Shown here in pieces: positions 59,635 to 64,000 of a stretch of DNA of 64,000 nucleotides; the first letter of the stretch is position 1; every line of letters begins with the position of its first letter. The notes beneath the pieces are model-generated. The model saw only the letters and a program-made list of their open reading frames with translations. It did not search any database and had not been told where the DNA came from. The stretch is from Acidobacteriota bacterium (lineage in GTDB: Bacteria; Acidobacteriota; Polarisedimenticolia; SMYD01), in NCBI GenBank assembly GCA_046757405.1, contig JBHHYE010000010.1:19386-83385 (forward strand), read 5' to 3'. The position numbers were made by a program, and so were the translations under genes.

Positions 59635-60467
59635 GCTGGACCGCGGGCGTCGGGGGAGGCGAACGGCGCGGGAGCGCTCCGGGGTGGGGAGACGCTTTTC
59701 TTCAGGGTGAGTCCGAAATAGCCGGAAAGATCCGGCGGGTGGAGGAGCGAGAGACGGACCCTGCTCTGGCGGCCCACCCGGGAATCCGCCAGGCGAACCG
59801 GGCGGAGAATACGCGCGGATCCGTTGGGCGCCTGCGGCCGCGGAAGCGCACGCCGGCTGTCCTCGATGCAAATGCTCCAGGTCCCCCTGTACGGTTGCCG
59901 CTCCGGGTGGATGGCACCCACGTGCTCGCCCAGCTGCTCATGCGAGCCGCCCGCTTCAAGGAGCGCCGCCTGGATGATTTCAGGCGATAGAAAAGGATGG
60001 CGGTGAATCGGTGGGAGCAGGAACTCCAGGTGAATATCCAGAGACGGCTCATGGCCGCGGACGGTCTCGCCTTCAGCCAGGAGTGCGGCGGCGAACGGTT
60101 GCACCGAACCGGGCGTCAGATAGGACGGGTTATTCCGGGCGGAGCCTCGCGCCATCGCATTCAGGACGTCGGATTCATCCAGCCAGCCGCCGGCGGCGCT
60201 GGAAATGAGGCACCGGCACAGTCCAGATGCTTTCTTGCCGGCGCGGCCCAGGGACCAGCACCATTCCAGGAGCGGCCAGAGCCCCTGCGTGTTTTCCACC
60301 TTGGCCTGGCGAGGGTCCTGGGAGGCACGAAAAAACCGCGCCAGGAATCGTGGGATCTGGTCGACCCTGTCCAGGCGCGCCCCCTCCCCTTCAACCGTTG
60401 GCATCCCGTTTCGCATGAGCGGTTCGTGTGACGCGTTGAGAACAGAGAATTTTATCAGACCCTGCAC
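59631..60467 (-). CDS. Dubious hypothetical ORF (278 aa)
   Basis: Co-oriented with its neighbours and has an ATGA overlap, but sampled GC3 is only ~50-70% versus ~90% in neighbouring genes; an overlapping plus-strand ORF (59997-60431) scores similarly. Confidence 0.25.
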   Translation of the reverse strand: MQGLIKFSVLNASHEPLMRNGMPTVEGEGARLDRVDQIPRFLARFFRASQDPRQAKVENTQGLWPLLEWCWSLGRAGKKASGLCRCLISSAAGGWLDESDVLNAMARGSARNNPSYLTPGSVQPFAAALLAEGETVRGHEPSLDIHLEFLLPPIHRHPFLSPEIIQAALLEAGGSHEQLGEHVGAIHPERQPYRGTWSICIEDSRRALPRPQAPNGSARILRPVRLADSRVGRQSRVRLSLLHPPDLSGYFGLTLKKSVSPPRSAPAPFASPDARGPA

Positions 60468-60509
60468 CGGCGTGAGAAAAAAAACCGGTGAACGAACCGT
60501 GACAGCGGC

Positions 60510-62126
60510 TCATTCCCGGGCATCGGGATGGTCAGGAGGCGAGGGGTCCAGGCGCATGGTCAGGGTGCATCTTATGGATTTCCCGTCGGTTTCGATGCAG
60601 AGAGGGACCTGAATCTGTTTCCCGGCCCGGAGGGTTGCCACGTGCCCTTCCCCGGAGGATGGGCGGGACTCCAGCAGTGTGGGTCCGGCCAGCCCCGTGG
60701 CGGGACCCTGATGGGCGGGGAGGGCCTCGAGATCCGTCTCTGCCGCCAGGGCCCGGGTGACCCCCTGCCGGCTTTGCTGGTCCGCCAGGAAAGATTCCAG
60801 CGAGAAAGCTTCGGTCTTCTCCTGGTGTCCCACCGCGGCGCCGGCCGCATCAGGATTGAAGAAGGGCGACTCGAGCGTGGAGGGGAGATCAGAGCTGGCG
60901 GTAGACGGGGTTCCATCCGGGCCGGCGCCCGCTCTGCCTGCATCCTCCGGACCCTCGCCGGTGCCGGCGGCGGTGAGTGGGCTTTCCTGGACAGCACCCG
61001 GTGAATCGTCCGGCGCATCCACCATCTCCTCGAAGGCGCCGGACACGTCATCCGGATCGAGGTCGGTGGAGGGTAAGTCGGGAAAAAAGGTGGGCTCGGG
61101 TTGTGGGGTGCGGATGGAGGGCTCGACCGACGCGAAGGTTGCCTCCGCCCCCCGGCCGGTGGACGGATCGGTCCGCGGCGTGTCGAGAAGAACGTCTTCC
61201 CTTTTTTCCGGAGGGGGGTCCATGGCGGCCGCCACCGGGACCCGTACGGAGTCATCTCCATCGAAGCCGTCGACTTCTTCCAGAAGTCCTTGGATTTCCT
61301 CCGCATCCATTCTATCGAGTTCCTCTTCCAGGTCTCCTTCGTTCCAGCCGATTGGAGCGGCGGTGGCCGCCGAGGGCTGGGAACTCGCCGCCCGTGGCGA
61401 GAGATCCGCGGCGGGGAACGGTTCTCCGGAGTCCGAGCTCACCGGGAGGGACACCGCCCGGGCGGGCGGTGTTTCCGGGGCCGGGACCTGGGGTGACCGG
61501 GGTCGCCGGGCGGCTTCCTTGTTTCCCCCCTTCTGTTGGCCGTATTGCCCGGACAGGGAGAGCAGGACGAGCTTGCTGATGGCCTTGAGAGTGTCCTGGA
61601 CGCCGATTCCGGTGGTCGCGATCACCTCGTAAAATGGAGAGTTGTACCGGTTCAGGGCGGCGTTCATTTCCTCGATGGTCTGAATGGAAGGAAGGTCTCT
61701 CTTGTTGAACTGGAGCACCAGCGGGATCCTAGCGAGATCCGCGCCATGTTCCTTGATGTTTTCTTCCAGATTGCGATACGACTCGAGATTGGCGTCGGCC
61801 ATCTGGATCTGCGAATCGGCTACGAAGACGATCCCGTCGACTCCCTTCAGGACCATCTTACGGGTCTCGTTGTAAAACACCTGGCCGGGCACGGTGTAGA
61901 GCTGGACCCTGGTCTTCATTCCCCTGATGTCACCCAGTTCCACAGGCAGGAAATCGAAGTACAAGGTTCGGTCGGTCTGGGTCGAGAGAGACAGCATCCG
62001 GCCCCGCTTGTCGGCCGCCAGGTTGTCATAGATGAACTGCAGGTTGGTGGTTTTTCCGCACAGTCCTGGGCCGTAATAAACGATCTTTGCTGTCAACTCC
62101 TTGGTGGAGTAATTAAACAGGACCAT
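60510..62126 (-). CDS. mglA: MglA-family Ras-like small GTPase with ~340-aa acidic, disordered C-terminal extension
   Basis: 'KIVYYGPGLCGKTTNLQFIY' (P-loop), 'TDRTLYFDF', 'YTVPGQ' (MglA-type G3), 'NKRDL'; then a D/E/P/S/T-rich low-complexity region to aa 538; GGAAGGTG RBS. Confidence 0.8.
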   Translation of the reverse strand: MVLFNYSTKELTAKIVYYGPGLCGKTTNLQFIYDNLAADKRGRMLSLSTQTDRTLYFDFLPVELGDIRGMKTRVQLYTVPGQVFYNETRKMVLKGVDGIVFVADSQIQMADANLESYRNLEENIKEHGADLARIPLVLQFNKRDLPSIQTIEEMNAALNRYNSPFYEVIATTGIGVQDTLKAISKLVLLSLSGQYGQQKGGNKEAARRPRSPQVPAPETPPARAVSLPVSSDSGEPFPAADLSPRAASSQPSAATAAPIGWNEGDLEEELDRMDAEEIQGLLEEVDGFDGDDSVRVPVAAAMDPPPEKREDVLLDTPRTDPSTGRGAEATFASVEPSIRTPQPEPTFFPDLPSTDLDPDDVSGAFEEMVDAPDDSPGAVQESPLTAAGTGEGPEDAGRAGAGPDGTPSTASSDLPSTLESPFFNPDAAGAAVGHQEKTEAFSLESFLADQQSRQGVTRALAAETDLEALPAHQGPATGLAGPTLLESRPSSGEGHVATLRAGKQIQVPLCIETDGKSIRCTLTMRLDPSPPDHPDARE

Positions 62127-62170
62127 AAGACACCTTCCGCTGGGTCAATTTATGCCCGGAACGACAAAGA

Positions 62171-63517
62171 TCAAGCGCGAACCTTGCCGGTTCGTGGCCG
62201 GCGTGGTCTCCGGCGGTCGCGCAGGGAGAGGCGGATGGGTGTTCGCAGAAGCTCCATGTGGCGCCGCAGACGGTTTTCCATGTAACGGCGGTAAGGCTCG
62301 GGAAAGCGGCTCCCGTGGCTGGCGAAAATGGCGAGATGCGGGGGGGAGGAGTCGATCTGGACGGCGTAGTGCAGCTGCATGGGGTGGCCGTCCACCATGG
62401 GAGGGCGGCGGTGCTGGACCACGTGGCGCAAGGCTTTGTTCCAGCTGGAGGTGGACCGGCGTGCCGTGAAGTCCTGGTAGCTTCGGCGGGCCTCGGCGAG
62501 GATCCTGGAAACACCGAGGCCCGTCCGGGCGGAGGTGGCCAGCAGCGTCTTGTACGGCGCGAACGACAGCTTTTCGGATGCGGAGCGGCGGCGGAGGTCG
62601 CCGGCTCCGGCGGGAACCAGGTCCCACTTGTTGAGGACGGGCACGATGGCCCTTCCGGCAGCGAGAACTTCGCTGCCGACAGCCAGATCGCCGCGGGTCA
62701 CACCGGTGCTGGCGTCCATGACCAGCACCGCGATCTGGCCGCGCGCAAGAGCGCGGCGTGTTTGCTCCATGGCCAGGCTTTCCGGCATCTCGGCTCCCGG
62801 GTGATGCCGCAGGCCGGCCGTGTCCACCAGACGGAAGCGGGCACCGTCCGCTTCGAGCCGGCTGTCGACCGGATCGCGTGTGGTGCCCGGAGAGGTGGAG
62901 ACCAGGGACCGCTCCGTCGAGAGGAGACGGTTCAAGAGCGAGGACTTGCCCACGTTGGGCCGGCCGACCAGGGCCAGGGAGATCTCCAGGCGGTCGGGCT
63001 CCTCCCCTTCCCCGGTAGACGCCGGCAGGACGAAGGCGATGGCCTCTTCCAGTTCGTCAATGCCCAGAGCGTGGGCGGCCGAGATGGGAAGAACATGTTC
63101 CTGGCCCAGGGAGAAGAATTCCGCGGCCGCCGCTTGCGCGGCGAGGGTGTCCAGTTTGTTGACCACGATGATCGTGGGGCGATGGCAACGGCGCGCCAGG
63201 TCGGAAAGATGCTGATCCGTGGGCGTGAGCCCCACTCGTCCGTCGACCACCAGGAGGACGAGATGGGCTGTCTCCAGGGCCAAGCGTGCCTGGCCGCCCA
63301 CCAGGCGGGACATCTCTTCCCGGCTGTCCGGCAGGATGCCACCGGTGTCGACCAGCTCGACCTGGCGCCGGCCCAGGGAGGTGATCTGGGCGATCCGATC
63401 ACGGGTCATTCCCGGTTGGCGATGCACCAGGGCCCGGCGGCTGCCCGTCAGGCGGTTGAAGAGGGTCGACTTCCCGACATTCGGAGCTCCCACGATGGCA
63501 ACGGAACACAGGCTCAT
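62171..63517 (-). CDS. der: Ribosome-biogenesis GTPase Der (EngA), tandem GTPase domains + KH-like domain
   Basis: Start 'MSLCSVAIVGAPNVGKSTLFN'; second G domain 'LALVGRPNVGKSSLLN'. Confidence 0.9.
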   Translation of the reverse strand: MSLCSVAIVGAPNVGKSTLFNRLTGSRRALVHRQPGMTRDRIAQITSLGRRQVELVDTGGILPDSREEMSRLVGGQARLALETAHLVLLVVDGRVGLTPTDQHLSDLARRCHRPTIIVVNKLDTLAAQAAAAEFFSLGQEHVLPISAAHALGIDELEEAIAFVLPASTGEGEEPDRLEISLALVGRPNVGKSSLLNRLLSTERSLVSTSPGTTRDPVDSRLEADGARFRLVDTAGLRHHPGAEMPESLAMEQTRRALARGQIAVLVMDASTGVTRGDLAVGSEVLAAGRAIVPVLNKWDLVPAGAGDLRRRSASEKLSFAPYKTLLATSARTGLGVSRILAEARRSYQDFTARRSTSSWNKALRHVVQHRRPPMVDGHPMQLHYAVQIDSSPPHLAIFASHGSRFPEPYRRYMENRLRRHMELLRTPIRLSLRDRRRPRRPRTGKVRA

Positions 63518-63576
63518 AGGCCAGACCTGGATGGAGGCCGATCGGCCTGCAGGTGCGGCCATCCGGGAGAAAGCGC

Positions 63577-63606
63577 TTGACACCAGCAGGCGGCGTCTCG
63601 TAGAAT
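63577..63606 (+). promoter_or_regulatory. Sigma70-like promoter for the ihf/hu gene: TTGACA-18-TAGAAT (a second candidate, TTTGTC-17-TATAGT, at 63620-63648)
   Basis: Divergent der/ihf spacer; two in-phase candidate promoters; GGAGGGG RBS at 63653. Confidence 0.35.
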
Positions 63607-63667
63607 TGACCGTAACCCTTTTGTCATTAGTCAGTTAGATACTATAGTCCAAGCGGAGGGGTTGGCC

Positions 63668-63934
63668 ATGATCAAGGCAGACATCATCGACAAAGTGGCT
63701 CGGAACGCTGATATCACCAAGGTCAAGGCCGTTCAGGCTGTTGAGGCGGTCCTCGACGCCATGAAGGGCTCCATGAAGCGCGGTGAGCGGATTGAGCTGC
63801 GAGGGTTTGGGGTTTTCCAGGTCAAGCCGCGGAAGAAGGGAATCGGGCGTAACCCGCGCACCGGCCTGGAAGTTCTCATCCCTCCGGGGAAAACGATTCG
63901 TTTCAAGCCGGGAAAGAATCTGCGCAAGCTCTGA
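63668..63934 (+). CDS. Integration host factor / HU-family protein
   Basis: ATG 63668 after a GGAGGGG RBS (the track's TTG at 63662 is less likely). 'IELRGFGVFQVKPRKKGIGRNPRTGLEV'. Confidence 0.85.
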   Translation: MIKADIIDKVARNADITKVKAVQAVEAVLDAMKGSMKRGERIELRGFGVFQVKPRKKGIGRNPRTGLEVLIPPGKTIRFKPGKNLRKL

Positions 63935-64000
63935 AGCGCTTCTCTGCCCGGTGCGTCTCGGGGCGCCCGCCTTCCACTTCCCTGGCGAGCACCGTTTCTA

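Overview
High-GC (~68%) bacterial chromosomal window. I call about 57 CDS and no rRNA, tRNA, CRISPR array or mobile element. Most of the window is plus-strand (35-35990); a long minus-strand block runs 36000-49737, followed by mixed orientation. Recognisable housekeeping genes are dnaE, holA-lptE, metK, ahcY, serS, rpsA, parAB, scpAB-rluB, hisC, miaB, der, ribH-nusB, mtnP and two HU/IHF genes. Accessory content: (1) a Bat aerotolerance-like operon (VWA, TPR, BatD, TPR-SH3) followed by hemW; (2) an acyl-CoA dehydrogenase / MeaB GTPase / methylmalonyl-CoA epimerase cluster; (3) a 10-gene chemosensory-like cluster with no MCP (REC-GAF, CheY, CheA, CheW, Zn-ribbon-REC, HEAT-repeat protein, CheR, CheB, GAF, CheY), reminiscent of Myxococcus Che7-type 'alternative cellular function' pathways; (4) a single-ORF fused LptF-LptG permease; (5) an MglA-family small GTPase with a ~340-aa acidic disordered C-terminal extension, followed in the same orientation by two hypothetical genes and a zinc-ribbon gene; (6) several large TPR fusion proteins (phosphodiesterase-TPR, SGNH-TPR, membrane spermidine-synthase-like-TPR), a transglutaminase-like protein and a cNMP-binding/FHA protein. 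Three genes in the window begin with an MJ0042-type CxxC zinc ribbon. Several sigma70-like promoters (TTGACA-17-TAnnnT) sit in the few AT-richer intergenic patches. Function calls rest on motif and family recognition by eye; no searches were run.
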